Of a stretch of DNA of 64,000 nt, positions 1 to 13,691 are shown one piece after another. Positions within the stretch are counted from its first letter, which is position 1; the number at the start of each line of letters is the position of its first letter. The DNA comes from Escherichia coli (GTDB taxonomy: Bacteria > Pseudomonadota > Gammaproteobacteria > Enterobacterales > Enterobacteriaceae): assembly GCF_030384885.1 (NCBI RefSeq), contig NZ_CP128613.1; one strand, written 5' to 3'. The translations under genes were made by a program, and so were the position numbers. The notes under the pieces are model-generated. The model ran no database searches and had not been told where the DNA came from. It worked only from the letters and a program-made list of their open reading frames with translations.

Positions 1-1010
1 TCTGCTCCTAATCCTTGCCATGCCTGAAAACGTTTAACGGCTTCTACCAATTCATTATTGTAGGCGGCACGAACGGCAGGCGCAGGTTTACTACGAGACG
101 TCGTTTGCTGGTCCATCGCCTTAGTTTCTGCTGTTTCAGCAGTAACAGCGGATGGGCTGACCACCGCGTCAGTTGGCGTGTCATCGCCAGGCAGAGTTAT
201 TTTCGGCCCCCCGTCCAGCATGCCTGTACGTTGCAATATTTCGCGCAATGCCGGTATGTCGTTACTCCACTGCCCTGGACGCAATGTTGCTTTGCCAGTC
301 AGTTGGGGCCACGGTTTGGTGTCACTGAGTAAGGCCAGTAACGATTCATGCATCGCCGCATATTGCGGATGCTGCGGTGCCAGTCCTGCAACAAACGTCG
401 GCAATTGACCTTTATCCAGCGCCAGCTGCCATTGGTTAATCACCGAAAGCGGCGGCGTTGCAAGCGCATAAGGTTTACTGCTATATAGCCAGCGAGTGCC
501 TTTGACCGGAATATTTGCAATGAAATGGAGATAGCCCATCATCGCATCAGAGAGCACGACGTCGCGTGCCATCCCGTTAACACCAGGATCGGTCAGTAAC
601 TCTACCCATTTATTAAACTGCGGCTGGAAACCGGCAATCGCCACCTCTGCCAGCTGTTGCTGGAAGGCTTTAACAGCATCACGGTTTTCCCACATGGGTT
701 GCATATCGCGTGCGGCATACAACAATTGAAGCTGGTTAAGATAAACCGGCTTATAACCTGCGGGTAATTGAGATTCGATTTGCGTGCGGGCTCTTTCAGC
801 CGCACCTTCAGGCAATGGCTGGATCCCCGCCATTATTGCCGTGGCTTGCGCCTGCGGCAGTGCCTCGCCCTGTTCACTGACAGCCACCGGGCTGTCGCCA
901 GGGATTACTTCAGGCTCATCGGCCTGCGCATTGAACAGTGGAGCGAATGTTACGGCCAGGCACAAACTGATTGCCGACAGCCGACGACCACACATCATAT
1001 TAAGCAACAT
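1..1010 (-). CDS. ldtD: L,D-transpeptidase LdtD (YcbB), N-terminal part only; 3' end lies beyond the window
   Basis: Reverse-complement translation from ATG at 1010 reads [20 protein letters not shown]... (signal-peptide-like) and stays open to the window edge; sits downstream of mukB as in E. coli. Absent from the ORF track because it has no in-window stop. Confidence 0.85.
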   Translation of the reverse strand, partial: MLLNMMCGRRLSAISLCLAVTFAPLFNAQADEPEVIPGDSPVAVSEQGEALPQAQATAIMAGIQPLPEGAAERARTQIESQLPAGYKPVYLNQLQLLYAARDMQPMWENRDAVKAFQQQLAEVAIAGFQPQFNKWVELLTDPGVNGMARDVVLSDAMMGYLHFIANIPVKGTRWLYSSKPYALATPPLSVINQWQLALDKGQLPTFVAGLAPQHPQYAAMHESLLALLSDTKPWPQLTGKATLRPGQWSNDIPALREILQRTGMLDGGPKITLPGDDTPTDAVVSPSAVTAETAETKAMDQQTTSRSKPAPAVRAAYNNELVEAVKRFQAWQGLGA

Positions 1011-1246
1011 CCCTTGCCCCCTGTTTTTATCATACTCTGAATAGCCAGGCTGTTATTTTACGACTTGCCTGTACAACGCCAATACTCACGAAAGTATGAC
1101 GAGCAAGCCTGTTACTCATCAGGCTTATCTTCAGTATATAAACGCCGATACGTTTTTACATAACCTAATGTAAAGAAGTTTAAAGAAAAGCGCGCCAGAA
1201 TGTGGCACTTTTTTAGTGCAGAAACGGAGTTTTCAGAAACAGGAAA

Positions 1247-1264
1247 GGCGGCATCGCTGCCGCC
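1247..1264 (-). terminator. Intrinsic terminator downstream of mukB
   Basis: Hairpin ggcggca-tcgc-tgccgcc 7 nt after the mukB stop, followed on the minus strand by a T-rich tract. Confidence 0.6.
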
Positions 1265-1270
1265 TCAATC

Positions 1271-4200
1271 TTAACTCGCCTGGGAAGGCGCTTCGTCAGT
1301 TCCTGGAAGCGTTTCAGGGAGTTGCGGTGCAAAACCACGCAGACCGACTACGTGAACGTGTTCGGTATTCTGGAAGACTTTACGCACCAGTTTATAGGTG
1401 GTGCCTTTTTCCGGGCTGATATTTTCCGGCGCTGCGATGATGAGCTGCATTTGCAAACGCTCACACAATTCAAACAGCGTGGCGATGGAACGGGCGTCCA
1501 GTCGCGCTGCTTCATCGAGGAACAGCAGGCGGCAAGGAGAGATATCTTTACCGCGCAGGCGGCGAGATTCATCTTCCCAGCTTTGTACCACCATCACCAG
1601 AATCGACATACCGGTACCAATCGCCTCACCGGTCGACAGTGCGCCAGACTCCGCGCGCAACCAACCATCGGAACCACGGTTAACCTCAACTTCCATTTCC
1701 AGATAGTTGCGGTAATCCAGCAGTTCTTCACCGATAGTCTGCGGCGTGCGCTGCCCCATATCAATCTGCGGGTTAAGACGTTGATACAGTTTCGCCAGCG
1801 CTTCCGAGAAGGTCAGACGGTTGCTGTTAAACAGATCCTGATGCTGCTCGTGCTGTTCAGAGAGCACATCCAGCAGCATGGCGTGCGTTTCACGTACGTT
1901 CACGTTCAGACGTACGCTGTTCACCTGACCGAACGATACGTTCTGCAAGCCCTGGTTGAGCATACGGATACGATTCTGTTCGCGCTGAATGGTTTTGCGA
2001 ATGATGTTCGCCACGCTGCGGGAACTGATCGCCAGTTTCTGTTCGCGGGACGTTAACTCTTCAGTCAGACGGCTAAGTTCGATCTCCATCTGCTCGATAG
2101 CTTCAACCGGATCATCAGTACGAATAATATCCTGACGAATACGTTCACGCAGATGCTGATAAACCGCCACGAAGAACTGAATTTTACGCTCCGGACGTTT
2201 TGGATCTTCTGACAAACGCAGCACGTCGCGCAGATGTTCATTATCCGCCACCGCCAGACGCAGCGCGCCTAACGCCTTATCCGACATGGAACGCAAATCA
2301 TCAGCGGAGAGATAAGCCAGCTCACGACGGTGTAAGCGGCGCTCAACGCCGTTATCTTTCACCATGCGCATGACTGCACACCAGCCCGCTTTCGCGGTCA
2401 CTACCTGCTCGCGCATCTCAAAGTAATCACGCTCCAGCTTGCGCAGTTTGCGGGTCAGGTTGTCCATCTCCGCTTCGCAGAAGGTAAGCGCTTTTTCCAG
2501 TTGGTTGCGACGTGAACGGTTATTGTTCAGCTGCGCATGTAACTCATCACGGCGAATACGCGCCCGCTCTTCTGCCCCGCTATCAGCACGCACGCCGATA
2601 TCCTGCAATTCACGTTGCAGATCGTTGAGTAGCTCTTTTTTGGTGTCATACGAACTTTTCAGCGAAGCCAGTACCTGATTGTACTGACTTAACTGCGCGG
2701 CGTGTCCGCGCAACGCTTCACGAGCGCGGGTACGCTCCGCTTCCGCCTGTTCCAGACGTTCACGCAGTTTTTCGTTGAGATCGCTGTTACCGCTAAGCAT
2801 TTCTGCCGAGTCAGAGTAGCTAAAGTGCGCACGACGCTGCACCACTTCCGTCAGGGCAAACGCCTGCTGACGGGCATCGCGCTGCATCTGCTGAGAGTAC
2901 GCGTAATCTTCTTTTAGCTGTTCGAACTGTTCCGGGTCACTCTGCAATACCGAAACGATCGGTTCCAGTTTCGCCAGTTGATTACCGAACTGCTGAACAA
3001 AACGCGCGGCTTCCTGGGCTTCATCCAGACGTTCGCGGATTTCATCGACGCGATCCGCCAGGCTGTCATCAGCCAACAAGTTGAGACGCGGCAGAATGCG
3101 GTTCAGCGCCGTAACACCCTCTTTCGCCTGCTCAAACTGAATACGCTGCTGCTGGTTATCATTTTCATGATTACTCAACGCCCGCTCCAGTTCGACGCGA
3201 CGGCTGTTCAGTTGACGGATTTCGGCTTCCGGATCAGACTCAAACGCCACCGCCAGATGGCTGCCGATAAAGCGGCTGAACGCCTGATGCAGACGCTGGG
3301 TTTTCTGTACATCAAAGGAGAGCGTGGCGAAGCGTTCGGAAAGCACTTCACGCTCGGCATGGAGGCTTTCGATACGGCTTTCGCGCGCCGCGCGTCCAAA
3401 CAGCGGCACTTCCGGGAAACGTGAATAACGCCACTGACGATCGGCGATTTTCACCACTACCGCTTTTTCCAGCTCATCAACGCTGAACACGCTGTCATCG
3501 AATGACTGCGGATCCCCTTCGATCAAATAGAGATCTTCCGGGCAATCGGTCAAGCCTTCCAGGTGTTCGGTTACCTGTGACAGATCTGGCACCACGATGG
3601 CGTGGCGTGACGGGCCATACAGCGCTGAGAAGTACGGCGCATCTTCCAGGCTAACGTCGTCATAAATTTCTGACAGCAGCACGCCGCCAAAACGCTCCGC
3701 CAGCGCATTCAAACGCTGGTCTTCAGAACCACCTGGCTGGCTTAAACGTTCGATCTCTTCATCGACGGCGTTTTTGCGCGCGCCTACTTCATCGCGTTCA
3801 ACAATGGCTTCGCGCTCACGCTCCAGCAACTGTTGCAGATATTCGGTGACATCCTGGCTGGAAGAGAACTCTTCGCCGCACTGTTCGCTCAACTGGTTGA
3901 GGCTGTTTTGCGCTGCCAGCCAAACCGGCGCACGCTGCATCAAACTCTGAATGCGAGACTGCAGCTGTTCCTGCTCCTGACGCAGTGCCATGCGCTCTTC
4001 ACGGGCGTTAGAAACACTGTCGGAAAGAGAGGCAATGCGCGCTTCCAGCTCCTGATGCAGGGCTTCCAGCTCGTCGATATCAAAATTCTTGCCCTGACGT
4101 TTGCAGAAATCTGCCAACAGACGCTCAGCTTCTTGCTGCTCGCGCAGACGCTGTTCCAGTTCGCTTAAGCGCATCCGCAACGGCTGAACCTGCTCTGCCA

Positions 4201-5731
4201 GGTGACGCTGATCGACCCCTTCGCGCAATAGTTCGCGAGCGACATCCCACGCCTCGTTACGCGCCAGCGGGCCGTTGATTGCCACCACCAGCTGATAAGC
4301 CTGCTCAAACTGGCTGTGCGCGGTTTGCGCCATGCTCATTTTCTGCTCAAGAGAGAGCATTTTTTCGGTCGCTTCCAGCTCTTTCGCCTGGAAGGTTTCC
4401 AGCCATTCGGCAGCGCTGTCGGCGGTTAAGTCCGGCAGATGGCACAGTTCTTTGGCACGATTAAGCGCAGCAATCGCCTGGTTATACTGGATCGCGCGCG
4501 TTTGCTGGACGTCCAGCGCCTGCTGGTAGTCAGCAAGCTGGCTTTTCAGCTCGTCCACTTCCAGCTCGGCAGCTTCCGCACGAGCCTCGTTCTCTTCCTG
4601 GCGCTCGATGGCTTCTGCCACCACTTCGTTTTGCTCTTCCAGGCGGACCTGCAACTCATCGAGATCCGCTTCGTAGCGTTCAATCTTTTCCTGCTGACGC
4701 AGTGCGGTTTGCACCAGGTTCAGATGATCGCTGGCCGCCTGATAATCCGCCTCCAGATCGCCTTCGGCACCGTTGTGCTCAGCCAGCTCTCGCGCCATGT
4801 CGACGTGTTTGTACTGCTCAGCCGCCAGTTGCTGACGCGAAGTATGTAGCTCGCGACGAAACTCCAGGGCCTTATCGAGATGAACACGGCGCTCGTTGGC
4901 GTGACGCATGTAGTCCGCCGCCACGTAGTTAGTCGCTTCGCTGATCAGATGCTTGAACAAGTCACGGTCAGACTGGGTAACACGAATCGCTTCCAGCGTC
5001 ATACGGTTTTCACGCAGCGCCGCTTCCATGTCCTGAAACGCTTTACGCACGCCGCTATTTTCTGGCAACAGGTAGTCGCGCAGAGAACGGGTGATGGCGC
5101 TGGAAATCCCGCCGTACAGCGAAGCTTCAATCAGACGATAGAATTTACTACGATCAGACGCTGAGCGCAGACGACGTGCGATGATGCCCAGATCGAACAT
5201 CAGCGAGTGGTAATCGGTAATAGAGTTGAACTGCTTAAACTGCACGCCTTCCATCGCTTCGAGCTTGTCTTTCAGCTCGTTAAGCGGCAGTACACGCGCC
5301 TGACGTTCATTCAGAGTTTCGGTCACCAGTTGTGTCGGCTGCACCGACATCGGCAAGCCCTGAATGGCAAATGGTTTAATATCCACTTTACGATCGCGCC
5401 CGGCAACCTGTTGCAGACGCACGCCGACCACCACGCGCTGATGGCGCGAGTTAATGGTGTCGAGCATCGAATAGCAGACACCCGCTTTCAGCTTACCGTG
5501 CAGACCTTTATCGCGCGAACCGCTGGTGGCCCCGGCTTCCGTAGTGTTACGGAAATGCAGCAGGGTCAGGTCGGGGATCAGCGCCGTAACGAACGCCGCC
5601 ATGGTGGTGGATTTACCCGCCCCGTTACCGCCAGAAAGCGTCGTGACCAGCTCGTCAAGGTCAAAAGTTCGGGCAAAAAAGCCGTTCCAGTTAATCAGCG
5701 TCAGTGAGCGAAATTTACCGCGTTCAATCAT
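1271..5731 (-). CDS. mukB: Chromosome partition protein MukB (SMC-like condensin subunit)
   Basis: 1486-aa ORF; N-terminal Walker A (GGNGAGKST), long coiled-coil region, C-terminal ATPase part; 1-nt TAATG overlap with the mukE stop. Confidence 0.97.
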   Translation of the reverse strand: MIERGKFRSLTLINWNGFFARTFDLDELVTTLSGGNGAGKSTTMAAFVTALIPDLTLLHFRNTTEAGATSGSRDKGLHGKLKAGVCYSMLDTINSRHQRVVVGVRLQQVAGRDRKVDIKPFAIQGLPMSVQPTQLVTETLNERQARVLPLNELKDKLEAMEGVQFKQFNSITDYHSLMFDLGIIARRLRSASDRSKFYRLIEASLYGGISSAITRSLRDYLLPENSGVRKAFQDMEAALRENRMTLEAIRVTQSDRDLFKHLISEATNYVAADYMRHANERRVHLDKALEFRRELHTSRQQLAAEQYKHVDMARELAEHNGAEGDLEADYQAASDHLNLVQTALRQQEKIERYEADLDELQVRLEEQNEVVAEAIERQEENEARAEAAELEVDELKSQLADYQQALDVQQTRAIQYNQAIAALNRAKELCHLPDLTADSAAEWLETFQAKELEATEKMLSLEQKMSMAQTAHSQFEQAYQLVVAINGPLARNEAWDVARELLREGVDQRHLAEQVQPLRMRLSELEQRLREQQEAERLLADFCKRQGKNFDIDELEALHQELEARIASLSDSVSNAREERMALRQEQEQLQSRIQSLMQRAPVWLAAQNSLNQLSEQCGEEFSSSQDVTEYLQQLLEREREAIVERDEVGARKNAVDEEIERLSQPGGSEDQRLNALAERFGGVLLSEIYDDVSLEDAPYFSALYGPSRHAIVVPDLSQVTEHLEGLTDCPEDLYLIEGDPQSFDDSVFSVDELEKAVVVKIADRQWRYSRFPEVPLFGRAARESRIESLHAEREVLSERFATLSFDVQKTQRLHQAFSRFIGSHLAVAFESDPEAEIRQLNSRRVELERALSNHENDNQQQRIQFEQAKEGVTALNRILPRLNLLADDSLADRVDEIRERLDEAQEAARFVQQFGNQLAKLEPIVSVLQSDPEQFEQLKEDYAYSQQMQRDARQQAFALTEVVQRRAHFSYSDSAEMLSGNSDLNEKLRERLEQAEAERTRAREALRGHAAQLSQYNQVLASLKSSYDTKKELLNDLQRELQDIGVRADSGAEERARIRRDELHAQLNNNRSRRNQLEKALTFCEAEMDNLTRKLRKLERDYFEMREQVVTAKAGWCAVMRMVKDNGVERRLHRRELAYLSADDLRSMSDKALGALRLAVADNEHLRDVLRLSEDPKRPERKIQFFVAVYQHLRERIRQDIIRTDDPVEAIEQMEIELSRLTEELTSREQKLAISSRSVANIIRKTIQREQNRIRMLNQGLQNVSFGQVNSVRLNVNVRETHAMLLDVLSEQHEQHQDLFNSNRLTFSEALAKLYQRLNPQIDMGQRTPQTIGEELLDYRNYLEMEVEVNRGSDGWLRAESGALSTGEAIGTGMSILVMVVQSWEDESRRLRGKDISPCRLLFLDEAARLDARSIATLFELCERLQMQLIIAAPENISPEKGTTYKLVRKVFQNTEHVHVVGLRGFAPQLPETLPGTDEAPSQAS

Positions 5732-6435
5732 TATTCTTCCTCTCCGCTATCTGGCTGATTCTCTTCGGTTTCATCGTTGAGTTGCAGATGATTTTCAATC
5801 GGCATTGCTTCGCCATCACGAATCAGGCGACGCTGTGCTTCACGGGGATCGTCGCCAGCACGCACATCGGCTCCGAAGCGGAACACCGATTCGGTAATGC
5901 GGAACTTGCTGCTGTCGTGGCCCATAAACCACACCATGCCTAAACGACGCAGACGGTTGAGCGAAGAACGTACTTTCTCCTGCAACTTCTGCCGGTCAAC
6001 GTCTGAACCGGTTGAACGGTTGTTCACCAGTTTCAGCAGTTTCGCTTCATCGGCCAGGGTGAGCAGTTCATCGTACAGTTCCTGCTGGGTGAAAATCCCC
6101 TCATTCGCCAGCCGTTCCGGGCTGAGATAAAGATAACAGAGGATTTTCCCGACCATCATATCCAGTTCCGACAAGACGGAACGAGGGATAATAGTGGTGG
6201 AACGTGGGCGTAAATAGAAGAACCCCTCCGGTGCGCGAATAAGCTCAACGTTATAACGCGCGTAAAATTCTTCCAGATATTCCTGAAAATCCATCAGGAA
6301 TGCATGATTATCCAGTTCGTCAAGGCCAATATGGCGGCCTGAACGTAAGGCGCTATCCAGCGCCGGAAATAACGGATTCGCCAGCGCCTGCGCCAGCTTA
6401 ACCGGCATCACTTGTTCAATATTTGTCGATGACAT
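5731..6435 (-). CDS. mukE: Condensin subunit MukE
   Basis: Track ORF 5731..6462; start chosen at ATG 6435 ([16 protein letters not shown]..., 234 aa), which overlaps the mukF 3' end by 20 nt. Alternative starts at 6462 and 6408 cannot be excluded from sequence alone. Confidence 0.88.
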
Positions 6436-7738
6436 GCGCCTGTACCTTGGCTCCGTAATCATTAATCGGCTGCCATTTCGCTGGCAGTCCGGTGAAATCT
6501 GCTTGCGCTACGCCAAGACGTACCGCCTGATCAATAACAATGCGCGCAACGTCAAAGTGACGTGCACGCGGATACTGTGACAGATATTCGCGTACCACCA
6601 GACCAAGATCCAACGGCACTTGTCTGGTTTTGTACACGGCAAGTTGTTCTTCGATGATCGCCGCCAGCTGTTCGCGGATCTCGTTAAACTCTTCGTACTC
6701 CAGATCCTCAGGAAGTTCCCCAGTCACTTCTTCATCGCGCAGTGCCATCTCTTCGTCACGCATATCCAGCAGACGATCGGCATTGGCATAAGTTAGCGCC
6801 CACGGTTCATCAAAATAGGTTTGTACCGACTGACGTAACCGCTGAGCAAAGACGCGGTTTTTATCCATATCGATAGCGGTACGAATAAATTTGTGTACGT
6901 GGCGGTCGTAGCCAATCCATAAGTCGATGGATTGCTGGCCCCAGCTGATAATACGGTCAAGTTTGCTTTGCAGATCGAACACCAGACGATCGACGAAATG
7001 CAGATCATCATGAGTCATCGTCGCATCCTGAATGCGTAACAGATTAGCCTGCAATTTATCACCTGCCGCTTCCAGCGTATCCTGCAATTCACGCAGCGTT
7101 CCGGAAGTTTCTGAAAGCAACAATTCGCAGCTGGAAATCGCCGCCCGCCAGTCTTTGTTCAGCAACTGGGCGATATCATCTTTCACCTGCTGCTGCTGTT
7201 CGTCCATCAGACGTTGCGTCAGGTCGATGCTGTCGAAAATTTCTGCTACCGAATATTTCAGTGGCGCATAGACATTACGGTGCCAGTGAAATTCATCACC
7301 GCCCTCTTCGGCGGCATCTGCCGCGCGTTTCAGTTCGCCCGCCACAATCGACAACTGCATAGAAAGGCGCAGCGTCGAAAACTCGCGCTGACGGATGTAG
7401 TAATCGGTAATACCGATGCCAAGCGGCGTCAGACGGTAAATTGCGTTCCCTTCAGCCTGCTCGCTGGTAAAGCGGTTCAGCAGACGTTGACGAACCATGT
7501 CGTTGATCGCGTTGTTGGCGCGCACGCCGATGGTTTCGCTGGTTTGCTCAAACGCATCACTCACATGGCGGAATGCATCCACCAGCTCGCCTTCGCTCAT
7601 CTCACCATCCAGACGCTCGCCGTTCAGCGTGGCAACCGCCAGCAGAAAAGAGAGTCGTTCTACCGGCAGCGAGATGGAGAAGTCATTTTTTCTGGCCCAG
7701 GCAACCAGTTCGGGGACTGTCTGGGAAAATTCACTCAT
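6416..7738 (-). CDS. mukF: Condensin kleisin subunit MukF
   Basis: 440-aa [23 protein letters not shown]...; ATGA overlap with the upstream cmoM stop. Confidence 0.95.
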
Positions 7739-8520
7739 ACTTTATCCTTGCTCTGCGGTTTGCGCGCGGTGACATGAATATAACGCCCCAGGGTAATATA
7801 CGGTTCCTGACGGCAATAACGCGTTTCTAATTCAAGTAATGCTTCATAGCAGTCGCACTGCTGGTGCTTCTCGCGCAGATAATCATGAAACACGCGAACG
7901 CCGGTCTTACCCATAATTTGCCAACCAGCTTCTTCCAGCCACAGATAAACCTGCGCCGGGTCGCGTGGATAATCTGGCGAAAGCGTCCGTTTTTTCTTTT
8001 TCGGCATTCCCGCCTGCACGTAATCAAAATTCCCTGCAACCATGTTATGCATCAGCAAGCCGTGCGCATTGTAGAACATTAACGACAACACACCGCCTGG
8101 ACGTAACACTGACCACAGGGTCTGCAATACGCTGCGGGGATCGGCCACCCACTCGAGCACCGCATGGAACAATATCAGATCAACGGGCGTTTCCAAATGC
8201 GAAGCAACATCCTGAGCGGCGCAATGTATAAATTGCATGTTGTCGCTCACACCTTTTGCTTCTGCCGCCTGTTTTGCGCGGTCGATCATCTGCGCTGAAA
8301 GATCGCATAAAATGACCTGATGCCCACGCTCGGCCATTTTGATTGCGGTCTGCCCTTCTCCACCGCCAGCATCCAGCACACGCAGTTTTTGCGAGCCCAT
8401 TTCCGCCAGCACGCGATCGAGATCCTGCCACAGAATAGCCTGTCGAAGCTGCCCTTTGGTGGTGCCGTAAATGTTACGGGAAAACTTTTCCGCAATATCA
8501 TCAAAATTGCGATCCTGCAT
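7735..8520 (-). CDS. cmoM: SAM-dependent methyltransferase CmoM (SmtA), tRNA cmo5U methylation
   Basis: Track ORF 7735..8532; start taken at ATG 8520 ([13 protein letters not shown]..., 261 aa); SAM-binding motif VLDAGGGEG; first gene of the mukFEB operon. Confidence 0.9.
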
Positions 8521-8655
8521 TGCTTTCTCCACCGGTTGGCTAAGACGTTTTCTGATAAAGACGCTATTTTGTCACAGCCACGGCGAGAATGAACCCGTCT
8601 GGTGTAATATCGCTGGCGATCCCTTGCTATATGGTCAAAAAAGGAACCAGAAAGG

Positions 8656-9435
8656 ATGCTTTTTACACTGAAAAAAGTGATTGGCAATATGTTGCTGCCA
8701 CTTCCGCTGATGTTGCTTATTATTGGCGCTGGCCTGGCGCTGCTGTGGTTTAGCCGTTTTCAAAAAACTGGGAAGATTTTTATTAGCATTGGGTGGCTGG
8801 CGCTCTTGTTATTGAGTTTGCAACCGATAGCCGACCGCCTGCTGCGTCCCATCGAAAGCACCTATCCGACATGGAATAATTCGCAAAAAGTGGACTATAT
8901 CGTGGTGCTCGGAGGTGGTTATACCTGGAACCCGCAGTGGGCACCGAGCTCTAATTTAATCAATAACAGTCTGCCACGCCTGAATGAAGGTATCCGCTTA
9001 TGGCGCGAAAATCCGGGATCAAAACTGATCTTCACGGGAGGCGTAGCAAAAACCAATACGGTGAGTACAGCCGAAGTAGGTGCCCGAGTTGCGCAATCGC
9101 TGGGTGTCCCTCGCGAGCAAATTATCACCCTGGATTTGCCAAAAGATACCGAAGAAGAAGCTGCGGCAGTGAAACAGGCGATTGGTGACGCCCCTTTCCT
9201 GCTGGTAACCTCCGCATCACATCTGCCGCGCGCGATGATCTTTTTTCAGCAGGAAGGGTTAAATCCGCTGCCAGCCCCGGCGAACCAGTTGGCCATCGAC
9301 TCGCCGCTTAATCCGTGGGAACGAGCAATCCCTTCTCCAGTCTGGTTAATGCATAGCGACCGCGTTGGCTATGAAACGCTTGGCCGGATCTGGCAGTGGC
9401 TGAAAGGTTCGTCAGGCGAGCCACGGCAAGAGTGA
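8656..9435 (+). CDS. elyC: Envelope biogenesis factor ElyC (YcbC), DUF218 membrane protein
   Basis: 259-aa ORF with N-terminal TM segment; diverges from cmoM; ATG preceded by aaagg. Confidence 0.9.
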   Translation: MLFTLKKVIGNMLLPLPLMLLIIGAGLALLWFSRFQKTGKIFISIGWLALLLLSLQPIADRLLRPIESTYPTWNNSQKVDYIVVLGGGYTWNPQWAPSSNLINNSLPRLNEGIRLWRENPGSKLIFTGGVAKTNTVSTAEVGARVAQSLGVPREQIITLDLPKDTEEEAAAVKQAIGDAPFLLVTSASHLPRAMIFFQQEGLNPLPAPANQLAIDSPLNPWERAIPSPVWLMHSDRVGYETLGRIWQWLKGSSGEPRQE

Positions 9436-10305
9436 TTTTGATGCCAGATCGAAGTTACGCCGACTAAATCGTCCGGTGTTGACCAGTTGCGCAACTTCAT
9501 CCCATAACACATATAACCAACGCCGCCAGATGAACGACTCCGCCACTGGCGCGCGTTGCAGATAACTCCAGAGCAAATCTTCCGCCAGAGAATTATCCAT
9601 TAGTCGGAACAGTTCGTATTCTCGCGGTGCCCAAAGCATTAGTCCCGGTCCGACCATCGCCAGTAACTGATCGCTGCGCGAATCTTTCAGCATGCTGCGT
9701 AAACAGAAGTTACCGTGAATCAGCACACAATTGTCGTTAAAGCCTTCGAATAATGCCGGGAGACATTCGCGAGTGCGAAACAGGATCCGCTTATCCTGCA
9801 TCGTTAGACCGGTGTTATTGAACTGATTGAGCGTAGTCCATAGCACTTCAACATGTTGCCGGTACCATGAGGGCCAGAAATTTTCCTGAGTATTGTCGAC
9901 CGCGCCGACGCAACCACGACTGTCCTGACGGTGCCAGGCCAGTAAGGCTTCAACGATTTGGTCTTTGAGTTGTTCCCAGCGTTCTGGTGTTCGGGCTGGA
10001 GCCTCCACCGAAACACCACGCATCCGCTCCAGTAGCAGGACATCGGGGCCGGGGTGTTCTTCATGCGTCATCACACCATAAATAGTCGGCATACGGACAG
10101 TCCCACTTCTTGCCAGCATGGTGGTTTTCCATGCCAGCTGTCGGGCTTTTCCGGGCGTACTAAAGCTTCTTGCCATTAACGGCATTGGGTTTCCCTGGCT
10201 GTCATACAAAGCCCACAACGCCGTATCCGCTTTTTCATTGACGCACTCAATACGACTGAGTTTTTCGCCCAGTAAATGGCTTAATTCGGCACGCAGCTGT
10301 TCCAT
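9412..10305 (-). CDS. ycbJ: Putative phosphotransferase/kinase-like protein YcbJ
   Basis: 297-aa ORF; identified by position between elyC and kdsB and by translation. Confidence 0.88.
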   Translation of the reverse strand: MEQLRAELSHLLGEKLSRIECVNEKADTALWALYDSQGNPMPLMARSFSTPGKARQLAWKTTMLARSGTVRMPTIYGVMTHEEHPGPDVLLLERMRGVSVEAPARTPERWEQLKDQIVEALLAWHRQDSRGCVGAVDNTQENFWPSWYRQHVEVLWTTLNQFNNTGLTMQDKRILFRTRECLPALFEGFNDNCVLIHGNFCLRSMLKDSRSDQLLAMVGPGLMLWAPREYELFRLMDNSLAEDLLWSYLQRAPVAESFIWRRWLYVLWDEVAQLVNTGRFSRRNFDLASKSLLPWLA

Positions 10306-10458
10306 TCAGATTACCCTCATAAAAGCTACTGCTTTCATAATGAGCGCCAATATAAAAGATGTCACCTGAATGAGATCAATTGTTGAAAAGAAAAATTGAG
10401 GAAAATCGTAACGGTACGACACTCCTCCCAAAATTGGCTGGAGTGTCGTGAAGTGAAA

Positions 10459-11384
<926 letters not shown>

Positions 11385-11435
11385 AGTTCCTCCAGATGGA
11401 TCGGGTTATGAATGCATAAATCTTATCATAATCAT

Positions 11436-12668
11436 TTATGCGACGGGGTCTATTTCCCAGCCGGCGCGGCAATCAGTAAAGAGGCCTTGCGGGCAGCGTC
11501 CTAATGTCACCCGCGTTGCCTGCTGCCAGTTAGCGAAATCAGTAATCGCCTGACGTAACCCTTTTTGCAGCGTTGTCGTTGGTTTAATGCCTTCCTGTAA
11601 CCACAGAGAGATAACTTCAAGGATGCCTGTCTGGCGATGCATTTTGGCATCCATTCGCCCAACTAATTGCCCACGATGTAATAACGGCAGAACAAAATAG
11701 CCATACTGGCGTTTCGGCGCTGGGGTATAGCACTCCAGCCGGTAGCTAAAATCAAAAAGCTGCTCCGCGCGTTTGCGATCCCAGACAACAGGATCAAAAG
11801 GCGAAAGTACCGCGCTGTGCGTTGCAGTGAGCTTTCCGGCGAGCGCGCGTTCGAGTAGCGGCAGCAAATCAGCATGCAGCCAAAGATTGCCCAATTTTTC
11901 AACATGCACAGCAATGATTTGCTGCTGTTCAGCCCTCGCTTCGCGCCAAGCCGCCAGTGCCGGACGTTTCAGCCGATAGTAATCTGCCAGCCACTGTTCG
12001 CGGAATATGCCCAGGCTACGCGCACTGTTATCCAGCATGATGATTTCTGCTTCTGTTTGCGAAACGAGATCGCGCTCATCATCCCAGTCAGGCATGACAC
12101 GGTGGGTTAAATCATAAACGCGCTGGAAGTTGCGCCGTTCAATCACCATCACCTTTCCGGCAGTAAATAAACCTTCCAGATGCCGTTTATGCGGCTTCCA
12201 TTCCCACCAGCCGCTTGCACCTTTACGAGAATGCTCGAAATCGGCTGAACGTACCGGCCCCTTATCATGAATATGTTGAATTAACTGTGCAATTTCTGCC
12301 GCATGTTCCTGCATCCAGGCGTCTTTGTATTTCCAGCCCATTTTTTCAGGTGCCAGCATGCGGTGGCGAATAAGACGAAAATCGCTACGTGGCATAAAGC
12401 AGGCTTCATGCGCCCAGTATTCCATTAATTCGCCACGCGCCAGAGACTCATCCAACCACTGCGCAGGATAATTTCCCAGACGACTGAAAAGCACCAGATA
12501 TGGGCTACGGGCAACAATATTGATGGTATCAATTTGCAGCAAGGACATGCGGGAAATCGTTGCCAGAATATCTTCCAACGACGCTCGACGGCGGGGTTTG
12601 TTTAACAGGCCTTGCGCAGCAAGGTGAAGATTACGCGCATCAGCAAGGGAGAGGTGCGGCAGCGACAT
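11436..12668 (-). CDS. ycaQ: Winged-helix DNA glycosylase-like protein YcaQ (interstrand crosslink repair family)
   Basis: 410-aa ORF; synteny upstream of ycaR-kdsB. Confidence 0.88.
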   Translation of the reverse strand: MSLPHLSLADARNLHLAAQGLLNKPRRRASLEDILATISRMSLLQIDTINIVARSPYLVLFSRLGNYPAQWLDESLARGELMEYWAHEACFMPRSDFRLIRHRMLAPEKMGWKYKDAWMQEHAAEIAQLIQHIHDKGPVRSADFEHSRKGASGWWEWKPHKRHLEGLFTAGKVMVIERRNFQRVYDLTHRVMPDWDDERDLVSQTEAEIIMLDNSARSLGIFREQWLADYYRLKRPALAAWREARAEQQQIIAVHVEKLGNLWLHADLLPLLERALAGKLTATHSAVLSPFDPVVWDRKRAEQLFDFSYRLECYTPAPKRQYGYFVLPLLHRGQLVGRMDAKMHRQTGILEVISLWLQEGIKPTTTLQKGLRQAITDFANWQQATRVTLGRCPQGLFTDCRAGWEIDPVA

Positions 12669-12704
12669 TCATGACTCCATCAATCGAACGCTGCCGCGGC
12701 GTAA

Positions 12705-13691
12705 CTAGTTGCCAGAAGCCAGCGAGGTTAGTTGCGCAAGCAGTTTCGCTGGTTCATCGCCTGAAAGCTGTGCGTCAACAGGCAAATACCACCAATTTTC
12801 ATCTGCAAAGGCCCGGCATTTCACCGCATCTTTTTCAGTCATTACTAGCGTTTGCCCGTCGCTTACCAACGCGCTGACATCCTTATAATTCAAAGACTGA
12901 TGATCGGCCAGTGGTACACATTTTTCCGGTTGTACGCCGCACATCTTCAGCGTGGCAAAAAAGCGAGGCGGATGCCCAATCCCCGCCATCGCCACCACAT
13001 GTTCAAGTTGAGCAACGTCACAACGCGTACCGGTACGTAAATTCACCGCCTGCCCCGGCAGCAGATGCATGGGGATTTCACCGCTGCGGGGGACACCGCC
13101 GTTGACGATTACCGCATCAACCGACTTTAAGCGCCCCGCTCGCTCACGCATTGGCCCCGCCGGCAACCACCAGCCATTGCCAAAGCGACGCACGCCATCA
13201 ATAACGACGATTTCCACATCACGCGCCAGACGATAATGCTGTAAACCGTCGTCGGTTACGATGATCTGCACATCAGGGTGTTGCGCCAGAATGGCTTTTA
13301 CCGCATCAGAACGCACGGGAGAAACCGCAACAGGCGCACCAGTGCGTTGATAAATCAACACAGGTTCATCACCCGCCTGTGCTGTGGTGGTATCTGCCGA
13401 CAATAACAGCGGATAAGATTCAGCCTTACCACCATATCCCCGCGATACGACCCCCACGTGAATACCGCGCTGTTGCAGCTGTTCCACCAGCCAGACAACG
13501 ACCGGGGTTTTTCCATTGCCGCCAGCGGTGAGATTACCAACCACGACAACCGGTACGGGGGCACGCCAGGCGCGCTTCAGTTTTAGTTTATAGCAAAGAC
13601 GGATCGCGCCACTCACCAGACCATACAACCAGGAGAGTGGCAGCAATAGCCGCCACAAAGGGGATTCACCAGACCAGATTTTTTCGATCAT
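12705..13691 (-). CDS. lpxK: Tetraacyldisaccharide 4'-kinase LpxK
   Basis: 328-aa ORF; P-loop [11 protein letters not shown]; ATGA overlap with the msbA stop. Confidence 0.95.
   Translation of the reverse strand: MIEKIWSGESPLWRLLLPLSWLYGLVSGAIRLCYKLKLKRAWRAPVPVVVVGNLTAGGNGKTPVVVWLVEQLQQRGIHVGVVSRGYGGKAESYPLLLSADTTTAQAGDEPVLIYQRTGAPVAVSPVRSDAVKAILAQHPDVQIIVTDDGLQHYRLARDVEIVVIDGVRRFGNGWWLPAGPMRERAGRLKSVDAVIVNGGVPRSGEIPMHLLPGQAVNLRTGTRCDVAQLEHVVAMAGIGHPPRFFATLKMCGVQPEKCVPLADHQSLNYKDVSALVSDGQTLVMTEKDAVKCRAFADENWWYLPVDAQLSGDEPAKLLAQLTSLASGN

Noticed and set aside
15-1044. Plus-strand ORFs at 15..332, 178..408, 768..1040 and 784..1044
   Set aside because: They lie antisense to, or out of frame within, the region that translates cleanly as the LdtD N-terminus on the minus strand, and they have no RBS or recognisable protein features.
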